A DNA stretch of 55,898 nt from a virus. Lineage: Duplodnaviria > Caudoviricetes. Below are positions 8,434 to 19,500 of this stretch, in pieces (position 1 is the stretch's first letter; each line of letters starts with the position of its first letter). Location of the stretch: positions 1-55,898 of IMG/VR virus record IMGVR_UViG_3300009160_000053. One strand, given 5' to 3'. The notes beneath the pieces are model-generated. The model saw only the letters and a program-made list of their open reading frames with translations, was not told the origin of the DNA and made no database searches. Made by a program: the position numbers and the translations under genes.

Positions 8434-9185
8434 CCGTATATGCCAAAGACCTACTCAAATTCGGCAACGGTAATGCTAAACTTGAGGAAGGTATTTACCA
8501 CGTCAGCCTGTTGTCAGGCCACACGTGCCCCTATGCCCAGGAATGCCTGGCAAAAGTTAATCTTTCTACTGGAAAGATTATCGACGGTAAGGGAGCGTCA
8601 TTTCGGTGTTACTCCGCGTCCATGGAAGCCATGTACCCTGCCTTGCGTAGGCAACGTGAGCACAACACTAACCTGTTGCGCTACAAGTATCCTACCTTTG
8701 AGGGCATGGTTGGCTTGATTGAGCGGTCTCTGCCGGTGCATGCGCGCTATATTCGCATTCATATTGGCGGTGACTTCTTCAATCAAATCTACTTCGACGC
8801 TTGGGTTGAGACGGCCAAAAGAAATCCTGGAATTATCTTTTACGCCTACACCAAGAGTTTGAACTTCTGGGTAGCTAGGCTCAACGATATCCCGGATAAC
8901 CTCAGGCTGACTGCTAGCCGAGGCGGCTATTGGGACCACCTCATTGATACGCATAACCTACGCTCTGCAGAAGTTGTGTTCAGTGAATCGGAGGCAAACA
9001 TACGTGGACTAGAAATAGACCACGACGACAGCCATGCTTACGGAAACGACCCTAAGTCGTTTGCCCTACTACTTCACGGCACACAGCCAAAAGGCAGCAA
9101 AGCGGCAGAATCGCTATCGTCACTACGAAAAGCTGGGTTCAACGGCTATTCCAACAAAAAGAAAGAGGTACACCTTGGAGTTTAA
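8430..9185 (+). CDS. Gp88-like protein (Cys motif, radical-SAM-like)
   Basis: GNAKL...SGHTCPYA.EC...CY, RIHIGGDFF, FYAYTKS; TTGA-overlap start inferred. Confidence 0.8.
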   Translation: MTVYAKDLLKFGNGNAKLEEGIYHVSLLSGHTCPYAQECLAKVNLSTGKIIDGKGASFRCYSASMEAMYPALRRQREHNTNLLRYKYPTFEGMVGLIERSLPVHARYIRIHIGGDFFNQIYFDAWVETAKRNPGIIFYAYTKSLNFWVARLNDIPDNLRLTASRGGYWDHLIDTHNLRSAEVVFSESEANIRGLEIDHDDSHAYGNDPKSFALLLHGTQPKGSKAAESLSSLRKAGFNGYSNKKKEVHLGV

Positions 9186-9492
9186 TTCAATTCCAGACCC
9201 AGTAAGCACACCAAACAATCTTGATCGTGAGCATGTCCTCCGTAAGTTCTCGGACGTCGGATGGCATGTTAACGGCAAGTTCTATTACACTCCTACAAAG
9301 GGTGTAGGGTTATCGTATCCAGTTGAGTATCAAGCCCTCATTGACCCATGGGGCGCAACACGAGAAGACCAGGTGGTTAACTTCTCAATCGACATACCAA
9401 ATCAGTTGGCAGAAGAACTACTGACTCCAGTTCGAGATGCCGCTAGGCAAGTCATTCATGGCGACCTTAGTAAAGCTGAGTTAGCAGGTTGA
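9175..9492 (+). CDS. hypothetical protein
   Basis: GAGG upstream of TTG 9175; 3' part of ORF 9034..9492. Confidence 0.6.
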   Translation: MEFNSIPDPVSTPNNLDREHVLRKFSDVGWHVNGKFYYTPTKGVGLSYPVEYQALIDPWGATREDQVVNFSIDIPNQLAEELLTPVRDAARQVIHGDLSKAELAG

Positions 9493-9499
9493 ATCACAC

Positions 9500-9530
9500 G
9501 CTGCCCCGGGGTTCTATCCCCCAGGGTGGC
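9500..9530 (+). other. intergenic RNA hairpin with GGG-UUCUAUC-CCC loop
   Basis: GCTGCCCCGGGG-TTCTATC-CCCCAGGGTGGC with two G.U pairs. Confidence 0.7.
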
Positions 9531-9548
9531 ACTTAACAGAAAGGAAAC

Positions 9549-9836
9549 ATGAAACTATTCTTAACATTACTACTCGCAGGCCACACGTTACTTGCACAAG
9601 AGATTGTCATATCAGCTAACCCTGATCTGCTTTATTCAACTGCAAATGATTATGGCCCTTGGGGCGCGCCAGAGTTCCTTAATTCGCCTAACAACGATTA
9701 CGGTCCTCTTGGAAGCCCTGAGTTCATAAGTAGCGTAACGAATGAATATGGCTTTGGTGTAACTGCAACTGAGCTTCAGTTGTTTACCCCAAACTCAATT
9801 ACGCCGCTTGAATTAGATATTCTAAATACGCCCTAG
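9549..9836 (+). CDS. secreted protein with three N-(D/E)-YG repeats
   Basis: signal peptide MKLFLTLLLAGHTLLA-Q; repeats STANDYGPWGAPEF / SPNNDYGPLGSPEF / SVTNEYGFG. Confidence 0.75.
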   Translation: MKLFLTLLLAGHTLLAQEIVISANPDLLYSTANDYGPWGAPEFLNSPNNDYGPLGSPEFISSVTNEYGFGVTATELQLFTPNSITPLELDILNTP

Positions 9837-10184
9837 TTTATTTAGGTTGGCCCTTCGCTGCGCACAAGCACCACATGTTTTGATGCTTGTGCCAGCGATG
9901 CGGTCAATTACTCCCGCTATCGGTTGCGCAATCGCGCTAACCGCATCCCCCAAACCAAACTCTTCACACCACTTGCCCCTCTCACCAGGTAAAATCTTAT
10001 CGCAGATTTGATCTTGTATCAGTTGCCCAAGACTCGACGGCACCTCAAAGCCCTTAGATGCCCTCTTGTTTACTGCTGTGGCAATTAGATTTTGATACGT
10101 GTTTTCTAACATTACTTCTTTTGTAAGAGGATCAGTAAATTCCCAACCGTTTGGCGGTGCTAACGCTAATGTTTTAAGTCTCAT
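9822..10184 (-). CDS. hypothetical protein with C-terminal GLGD...CGAC..RR..LN motif
   Basis: ATG 10184 (MRLKTL); Cys motif recognised from other uncultured phages. Confidence 0.7.
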   Translation of the reverse strand: MRLKTLALAPPNGWEFTDPLTKEVMLENTYQNLIATAVNKRASKGFEVPSSLGQLIQDQICDKILPGERGKWCEEFGLGDAVSAIAQPIAGVIDRIAGTSIKTCGACAQRRANLNKLGRI

Positions 10185-10193
10185 TATGTGGGT

Positions 10194-10224
10194 ATCTTGA
10201 CATGTTTTGTTCAAGACTCAAGCT
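10194..10224. promoter_or_regulatory. overlapping divergent promoter pair
   Basis: + strand TTGACA-N16-CAAGCT, 5 nt before ATG 10230; - strand TTGAGT-N16-CAAGAT, 9 nt before ATG 10184. Confidence 0.45.
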
Positions 10225-10229
10225 TGTGT

Positions 10230-10511
10230 ATGGATGATTTTGATGAAGTTGATGAGCTTTTTCGCGATGACGAAGACGATGATGTCGTTCCCGAAAAGAT
10301 TTTGCTCAACGGAGCTACTGATGTTGGAACTCTTCTGCTTCGATATTTCCTAAGCGCAGCCATTGCCGACAATAACGGCGTACTAAACATAAGCCGCAAA
10401 GCACTAGCCGAAATAGCTGCCAAGTGTGATACCCATAAGTCCTTTGAGATCTGGACTTCAGCAGATTTTAACCAAGACGGCGTTGAGTTAAGAGTTAACT
10501 GGGTCGACTAA
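10230..10511 (+). CDS. acidic hypothetical protein
   Basis: MDDFDEVDELFRDDEDDD...; fills the gap up to the convergent stop of the giant gene. Confidence 0.65.
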   Translation: MDDFDEVDELFRDDEDDDVVPEKILLNGATDVGTLLLRYFLSAAIADNNGVLNISRKALAEIAAKCDTHKSFEIWTSADFNQDGVELRVNWVD

Positions 10512-10513
10512 TC

Positions 10514-13500
10514 TTAATCCACGTTACGAGGGCCAAGCTCTCGAGTCATTTGCTTCCGCTCGCTTGCCTTATCCCAAAGCTCATATTTATTTAAGACAAG
10601 TACGTCTGCAAGCTTGTTCGCTTTGCCAGTAAGCCGAGTGATTTCGTTCTGGACATCACCTGCCCCTCGAGAGGGCAGTTCCTTCACCCATTCCGGATCT
10701 CGAAGTCTTTCTCTTAGAACCCTTGCTCTCTCCATTACCCAATCATCACGTTGCTCGTCGTTAAGCGTAATCCCCCTCACCCTTACAATTCTATCTGGCA
10801 TCGATACCCAAGCGCGTTGCTTGGCTAGCTCAGACCACAAAGGATCTGGATTATCTCGGTACCTCAAAACAATATCCGCATAGTTGAACAAAGCCTGCTT
10901 CGCCCTATCCCAATTATCTTTAGGAACCGAAGCACCGTCTGAGAGCATTGGCTCCCCAAGAACGTTGGTCATTGGCTTGTTAAAGTTCCGCAAGAACGGG
11001 ATGTTTCCAAGAGCCATCGCCATCACGCCGGTCGCACTATGGACATTTCCAAACTTATCAGTCTTCTCAGGGAAGATCTTTCTATCCGCTTCAGTCAACA
11101 AGTTGCCAAAAGCCAAGGAGCTGCCCGTCTTCATCAGGAAGCCAACAGCCTTTCTATCCCATGTTGCGCTCTCCAAGTTACTTAAATCGCTAAGAGTTTT
11201 CACTCCACCAAGGAAGGGAACATCCAAAACGCCGGCACCAAACGATTTGAAGGCGGCCAATGTAAATTGCATCGCCACCTCGCTAGACGCCGCTTGGTCA
11301 GGTTTCTCGTACTTCGAGTAATCGCTCATGTATCCCAAAGCCTTAAAGACAAGGTAGGTTGGCGACCAGTTCGGATTCTTGAACCAAAAGTTACCAATCT
11401 TAATGCTATCCGCTTGCCACTTACCGCTATCAATTAAAGCTTGTTTGTAAGCAAAGTCAGTTGGTCCTCGACCAGAGAAATCAATAAAGTGTTCTTTCTC
11501 CTCTTTGTCGTCGTCACACATTCTCCCAATAATTGCGGCAATACCCGCGGCAAGCGCCACCATCCCAAAGATTCCACTGCCCAGCTCCATTGCTTTCATG
11601 TCGCTCGGTTTTGTCCTTTTGCCCTCCCCGTAAACGGTCACCGTATCGCTCCCACTCTTGAGCAACCCGTAACCCACCCAGTTCAACCAGTTCTGATAGA
11701 CCGACGTTACGATTCCGTAGAAAGGCTGAACTAGCTTTGCTGCAAGGTGTTCGTTTGACCACCCTTCTAACAGCTTCGAAAGCTTCCCAAGAACACCGAT
11801 AGGCTTGTTTGTATTTGCCATCACGGTACCTAGGAAGAACGCGTCTTCTGTAATTGCCCCGACCATTCTATCAATAGCTACCTTCTCTGACTGACTGCCC
11901 TTATTCCATACCCTGTTCCAATAAGAATTATTAACTCCTCTATTCCTTCTCATTCTCAAATACAATTCCTGCCTAAAGTCTAGCGTCCCGGGCTTTAGCC
12001 TTTCACCCCGCTCTTGCCTTGCCTCTGCTTCCAACTCTTGAACAATCCCAGGGCCTTCAAACCCATTAGGCAGGTACTCGTTTCTGCCAGCAATCTGTCG
12101 GCCTAGCTGTAAGACATTCTTTAGATCAGTAGACAATAGCATATCAGCTTTCGGGGCTAATCCTTGATAGTTGTTTTGCAAATCCTTAACCACATCTTCG
12201 GCAGCCAAAGCTGCACATATTTCCGTGTAGAATGTGGTGGTTCCCAAATCCAGAGAGTTATACAACCTGGATATCAGCACTCCCAAGCCTGTCGGGCTAA
12301 CCTGAATAACCGGAGTTGTTTCAGGATAGGCTGGTGCTCGAACTGTGCCAACTCCCGCAACCTTGGCCGCGCCACGCACCAACTTAAATGTCTTATCCCA
12401 TACACCCTTTGAGATCGCAATCTTGGGCCAAATCCCCTTTCGGTTCCATCCAAACCAAAGTTCAGCCATCCCGCTAATCCATCGGCCAAACGATGATTCC
12501 GCGTTAATCCTAACACCCCCTTCAGCCATAATCTCTGGCAAGGGCCTACCCGAAATACGGGAAGCAAGAGTCTTGCCAGGAGCTAAGGCTTTTCCAGCGC
12601 TGTCTCCGGTCGCAAGCAAATCAACAACCTCGACAAAAGCTGTGTTCAAAGCCCTAGGCAAGGCCTTGTAAACTGCTTTCGTTGAGGAAAAGCTTTTCTC
12701 TTTGGCTGCCCTCATCCCAAGGATTGAGACAAGATTAAGAGTATTCCCGATAGGTGAGAGCAAGTTTACGGAAATGGTTTTTACACCCTGAAGAATGTTT
12801 GTATAGAATTGCCCAACAAAAGCCTCAAGCACTGTTACCCCGGAGTCTTTCTTTATCTCGTCGAGAATATCCAACGTCTTGGTAGCTGCGCTCCTTGAGT
12901 TTGGTCCGTTCGGGTCGTTGACAATTTCTTCTGCTAGCTCACGGATTTTCTCTGCCGACTGCTTACTGATCGACCAATCTTCGTTCTGAAGTTTGAGCTT
13001 CTTAGCGATAAACTTGTAAATGTCCTCGTCCGTCAAATTCCCCGTCAGCGCCAGCTTAACAATACTGCCAGCGTTTTCTTTTATCACCCTTGTTGCTTTG
13101 TTATCCGCCTTTCCAAATAGGCGCTGCATCGACTTCTGAAACTCTTCCTTAGCAAGTGTCTCAAGTTCTTCCGACACTTTCGTCAACACACGATTCAGTG
13201 TTTCTGGCTTAACCTCTATTCCGCTAACCCGAAGTTCTTTGGTCAACTCCGCAAGGACTTCAGCTTTTCTGCCAGCAAGCAGATACCGTCTATTAAAGAC
13301 AAAGTCTTTAAAGTTAAACGCTGGTGTCGTCATGAAAGCCCGAATGTCTGATTTTGTAAACGGCTCGTCCATTGCTTCAGACATGGCCTGCATAATCTTT
13401 GGGTAGCTGCCCTCGTCCACCGACTCAGCCAATTGACGATTAACAATGTCGATTGCCTGGCCAAGAGATTCCCACGAGTTCATGGCGTCCCTAAATCGCT

Positions 13501-16500
13501 TGAGGGAGAGAAGCTTCCTTTGCTCTTGGCTGAGTCGGCTTCGTGTAAGGATTAACTGCCCCTCCGCTTTAAGTTGAATTCGTTCTTTAAGAATCCTTCG
13601 TATAATCCCAACAGCAGTTTCGTGAGGCAAAAGCCTTTCCTTGTCTTTATTAGCCAAGGCTTTCTCAAAGTTCTGAACAAACCCGTTTATGACATTATCG
13701 AGGATTGCTCTGCTAGCCCTAGATACAGCTTGCCCAGGCTTAGCGGAACCAACGCCAGCCAAATCGTTCTGGTCATCCAAAAGTTTTGTGTTTCCAAAAC
13801 GTTTCCAAAGATGGTTTCGGTATTCCCCCGTAGTTTTCTCAGACTCTTCGTCTAGAACGTCCTGAGCTTTCTCAATATTCTCCAACATCTTCTCTTTTGA
13901 TACACCAAGTTCACTCGCTGCCTGGTCTAGTGTCCCTGTCCCCTTTTGGAGGAGAGCTGCAGTACCTTCGGCAATTGTTGCGGAGAGCTGCCGTTGTTTT
14001 TCCTGCGTTTCCTCGGCACCCTTGAGCAACGCTATCATTTCCTTGGCAGTCTTTATCTGCTGATCCAAGACAGTTGATAACGTGTTTGTGCTCATCCTCT
14101 GCCACTCGGCCGACGTGGAAGAGATGTATTTGGCCTTAAGCAGCAACTGTGCCCACACTCCGTTGTTTGCGGCCTCGTCGATGAGGCTACCCAGTTTCTG
14201 TACGTCAGGAGAGTCAAACACTTTGCCAAGAGCTTTTTCGATGGCCTCGTCACCAGCCATTTTACCCTTTTGAATATCTGCCGCGAATAACCCAACCTGC
14301 CGAAGCCTTTCCACCTGCTTGGCATTCGTTGCAAACCACATCCACCCAGCCGCACCAATCCTTGTGTAACCACCAAACGCCCTCAAGCCTTGAGCCAAAG
14401 ATGTACCGATATCAGCCTGCTTCTTTGCAATACCAAACTGCAAGGCGCGAAGCTCTTCAGACCTTGTTGGATTTGCTTTCGCAGCTTTTTCCAGCTGCTG
14501 AATCAAGATTGTGTTTAAGATAACGATATTATCAAAGTGAGTAGTTGTACCATCTTTGATGGCCCTGAGATCATCGTCTCGAACCTCAATATCGGGGCTG
14601 AGCAATGCATTTGCCGCAAGCTCCGCACCGCCAACCCTTTGAATGAGTTGAATCATTTCCTCGGCCCTCAACGGCTGGGTGCGAACAGAGTATTTGAAAT
14701 CCCGAAGTGCCGAAGCACTTTTAATCTCTTCGCCAAGTCTTGTATCTGCAGACAGTTGACCCGCAAAGCCCTGGGTTTTGCTTCTGCCTTCTTTCCTGCG
14801 CGCTTCCGACATACCGCTAAGGGCTTGCTCACGCTCTTCACCGCTCCTCACGCTTCCCGACCCGGAGTAAGAGTCATTTCTGTTTTCGACAAGGCGGATA
14901 GTTCCCGAGTCTAAGTCATTTTTAAGCCTAAAAACTAACAACCCAGTCTTCTTATAGACTTGGCCTCTGTAGTTATCACCTCGAGCCACCATCTTTGCTG
15001 CAATACGACTCAAAGCCCCATACCTTGACGTCGATCCGGTTGTGTCCATCAAGATGTTGTCGATATAGAATTTAAAGGTTTTAAAGACTTTCTCTTTTGC
15101 CGACTTTGCGTCTTTCTTGAGCCCCTGCTCATCTCTCCCAGGGTTATCGTAAGATTGAACAGCTTCCCCCTTACCAAGGCGGTTTGTTGCTTTCCCGGTC
15201 TGGCTTATTTCCGTGTACTCAAGTTCCTGATTTCCGCGTTTGGGCAGACTTCCAAGATCAATAGCGTTGGGGAAATAAAATATGGGAACTTTCTTAAACC
15301 CTCCGGGCAACGAGACAACTGGCGGGATTTTAATGGTAATGGTTGTTCCGTTACGAATCCCTGTTTCCGCCCCGTAATCGTTGTTCCTTGTGACCACGGG
15401 GAATTCTTCTTCTTGCTCAGACTGCAAACTCTGGGGCGTACTTTGTACTGTCGTCAAAACACCATTTTTCACAGTCCGTGCGTCGATCTCGCAAAGGGGC
15501 GCCACTAGCGACAAATCTGTTCTGCTTTTTCCATCCTGGAACGACCCAAATACCCAATCTGTAATTTCTCCGTAGCTGTACCCGTGTTCGTCTTGGCTAA
15601 CCGTAACCTTTTGGTTGACCTTATCGATAGTTACTTTGATTTTAGTTTTGTCGCTACCTGCATCCCGGAACTTATAGAAGATTTCGTTGACCGCTTGAAC
15701 CACATCCCACGGAGTAGCCGTCGATACAGCGTTGAAGAGCTCGTCCCTGGCAAGCGCATCGACATTGTAGTTACCCTTGTAAGCGAATAGATCGCCCTCA
15801 AAGCTGACCACGCCAGACCCAACAAATTCACCATCTCTGTCCACAAGCCTTACCCCCTGAGGAGCCCTGTCCTTGAAGACCATCTGGGGGAATGTGACGT
15901 GATCTCTGTTCTTAATGATCTTAAGAGCTAACTCCTCAAGGTTATTTGTTGTGCCAGATCCAGGGAATTTAATGATGTCTCCAGGCTTAGGGACGTAATC
16001 CGCTGGCAGTTTATTGTAAGAAAGCATCTCGGCCTTGGTGATTCCGTTCCTCGACGCAAGCTCAAGGGCGGTAAGTGTCTCGGGCTCCTCAAAGAAGTTC
16101 GGGACTTCTACGCTCTTTGATGTCCCTGGAATAATGAGCGTCGAACCTGCCACCGCCTTACCCATCACCAATGTATTTGCTGCCTTCAGATCCGCTACTG
16201 ATACCCCGTTCTTCGCAGCAATATCCGCTAACACTTCGTCAGAAGTTCTCTGCCTTCCCTCGGGAACAACGTATTCTTTTTCTGCAACCGGTACGTCGAT
16301 AGTTTTAGCTTTTGAAGCTTGGAACAAGAAGTTTTGAGACACGTCTCTCATCGGCCCAGTGGCACTCTGTTTGTTGCCACGGTTGACAACCGACATGCTT
16401 TTCGGAGTAGCCTGTGCCAAGGCAAGCTCTTGAAGTTTCCTTAACCCTTGGTTGTTAACCTTGCCATTGCTGATCGTCCACAACCCGAATTCTTTCGCAA

Positions 16501-19500
16501 TTCGAACGACGTCTGGATCGACTAGGCTAGCTCCGTTCTCAAATTTATATGCTAGGTAAGCTTCTGCTTCGTTACGAACGATATGGTCAAAACCCTTTTG
16601 CGAATCACGCCCACGCTGAATAGCCTGCAACAACAGATCCATCCTTCTGTTGTAAAGGGCCGAGCGAACCTCAGCCTGACTGAAGCTAATTGGATCCTCA
16701 TCTAGCTTCTCCTGCTTCGTCTCTAATACCTTTTCTGTCTTTGTTGGGATGGCCTTTCCGTACCACTTCCCCTTGTAGTAAATGTCTCCGAACTCACCGA
16801 GCCTTCTAATCGCTTCCTGAACAGCCTCATCAGCCGTCCTCGCCCTTACATACACCTTCCGAGACTTTGAATTTGCGTTGGTCAAAGTCCCAGATTTAGT
16901 ACCCCCGTACCGTTTACCCTTATACAACTTCGAAGGTGTTGTCCCCAAACTTTTCGACGTGAAGTCAGGACTCTCGGGGGTTAGCTGGAATTCCCACATA
17001 TACCTGCCCCGCTCATCACGAGCTGGCTCGTTTTTAAAGAGAGCAGAGTTCTTGACTCGCATCCCTGTGATAACAGGTTTTGCTAGTAGTTCTTTCTCTC
17101 GCTCCTCAAGCTTCAGTTCTACCCGCTTAACGAATTCCAGGTCAGGCGCAACCGGTAGAATTGTGCGGATTGATACTCTTTCCCGCCCCTGGAATCGAGT
17201 AATGACAAGCCCGTTTACCTTGTCATAGAAAGCCGAAGCAGCGTACTCGCTGTGAAGGTTCGGGACGCTCGCACCGTTCACAAAGACTGGCAATCTAAAG
17301 TCACCATTCGTATTTTGGTTTGAGTTAAATCTAACAATCATCCCGAGTCCGGGGTTTTCTTGGAACACCACCTGAGCAGATATGACTTTCTCTTCCCGGT
17401 TACCAAGACCGACAAAGTTTGCTGGGAACACCCACTCCACTGTCTTCTCGTACAGGTCAGACGTACCCCGTTGCAACATGCCCCTACGCTTCATTTCAGC
17501 CGTAATGGTCGGAGAGATGTTCTCGACCTGGCTCGGGGTTAGCTTGGTCCTCTCACCTTCTTTGACGGTGATCTTACTGATGTGCTCGGTGTCTACGGCT
17601 CTGTAGAAAATGTCGGACAGCTCATGCTGTTTGGCCAGTTCCCTTTTTCTTGTCTTCTCAAGGTCAGCCAGAACCTTTGTAAGTTTTTTAAGTTCACCCC
17701 TCTTTTCGATCTGCTCCCATGCACCCTGGGTTGCAATTTCCTTTTTCTTATCCGCAACCATCTTGTCCAGGGCTGCGACATTGGCGTTTGAGAGGGCAAG
17801 AGCCGAACGAAGTTGTGCAACTCTCTTTACGTTGGATGGTGTATTAGTTGCGGCAATGATCGCCCGAGTGTCGATTTCTTTGATGGTCTTCCCAATCTTC
17901 TTGCGAAGTTCTGGGTCTAGCGGAGCGGGTGCTTTATTGAGCCTTTCCTTTTTGTCCTCCCACTTGCCAGTAGCCGCGTTCCATTCCGCGTCACTCGATG
18001 TAATGTCTTGGACGGAAACGCTTGTCTGAATGAATTTTTCGTACGCAGCGGAGGCCTGCTTCGCAACGTCCAAAAGCTTTTTAGATTTCTCGTCGTAGCC
18101 GATAGCTTCCAAGAATTCAATTGTCCTCTTGGTTGCAATTTGGACGTCGACCAGCTTACGAATCGCCTCGTCCTCAAAAGATTGTATTGAGTTATTTGTC
18201 TTACGGACTTCGAGAGCCTTAGAAAGAGGTCCAAACAAGATATCGACAACAGGATCTTTTACCTCCGGGATTCTGTATACTGGCTCAATCAATTTGTTTT
18301 CCCCGGAAAGACCCATCCAGAATTTCCTTAGGTCTGCTCTTTCCTTGAGCTTTTCCAACACAGAAGAAAGCCATTCGTCATCTTGAGACAGCTTGTTTAA
18401 AGGATCTTTAATCTTGTAGTACGCCCCCAGCCCAGCCTCTTCGATTGCGGACAGCAGACGGTTATACTCAGCCCGCGAAGCAAAACCCTTATTTAAAGCC
18501 GTGTCATCGTCGTGCGGTGTTTCTTCAAACACAGAAAGGTCTGCAAGATTTCTACCGTGTCTCTCAAGCTTGATATCGTTCAGCTCCATCCGTTCAGGGG
18601 TAACCGCGTTACCAGTCCTTGCAGCAATGAATTCAAAGTTTGAAGCGTATTGCTCAGTCGAACCTTCCTCCTCAGCCGTGTTGACGTCCATGCCTTCGTA
18701 CCATTCCTCATCCCCCATCTCGTTGAACGGATCGTTGTAATCTTTAGCTTGATATTGCGGCTCTTGGTTAAGAACCTCTTCCCCGTCAAGATTGTAAACA
18801 GGCTTTTGAATGCTAGCCCTCGCCTTATCTCTGGCCTGAATGTAATTCTCAATCTCTGCTTTCTTTCTTTCTAGGTTTAGCTTCTGTTTCGTATCGCGAA
18901 TTCGAGCACGAAGCTCTTCCATTTCAGACAAGGGCTGATTTGGTTCCGTGACTTCGCCCGCACTAGAAAACTCGTTGGCTTCAAGCTCTTCGTTCGAGTT
19001 CTTTTCGATATGTCGCAACCTTGTTGTTACAGATTCCATCGCTTTCTGTATTGGCGACAACGCGAACATGTCTGCCGCGTTTCCTTCCCTTGCGTTTTCA
19101 GAAAGGCTCGAAGCCAGCTCATCCAGGATGACGTTAAAGAGTGTTTTTGATTTTGCGGTATACCGAGTCTTGCCGTTTGAGATCTTTGTAGTGGGAGCAA
19201 TCTTTTCAGCAATAAAGGCGACTAGAGCTTTAAAGTCATTATCAGCTTCAACCTCCGGGTAAGCGCTTGGGGCTGCGCCTACTTCGTCTAAAAGATCCCT
19301 CTCCTTGGAAGCCAAGTCTCGGATTGCCACCAAGGCTTGTTCTCCCCTGGCTTTCTGCGAAAGCATTTGATTCATAATCCGGCTGAAGAAAGCTTTGTAC
19401 TTTGCTCCCGCTTCTTCGCCCATTGATTCCGAAGCCGCGGAGGCTTGAGCCATTAGGAGGTAGAGGTTCTTCTCCACGCCTTGATCCATGATTTCGTTGG

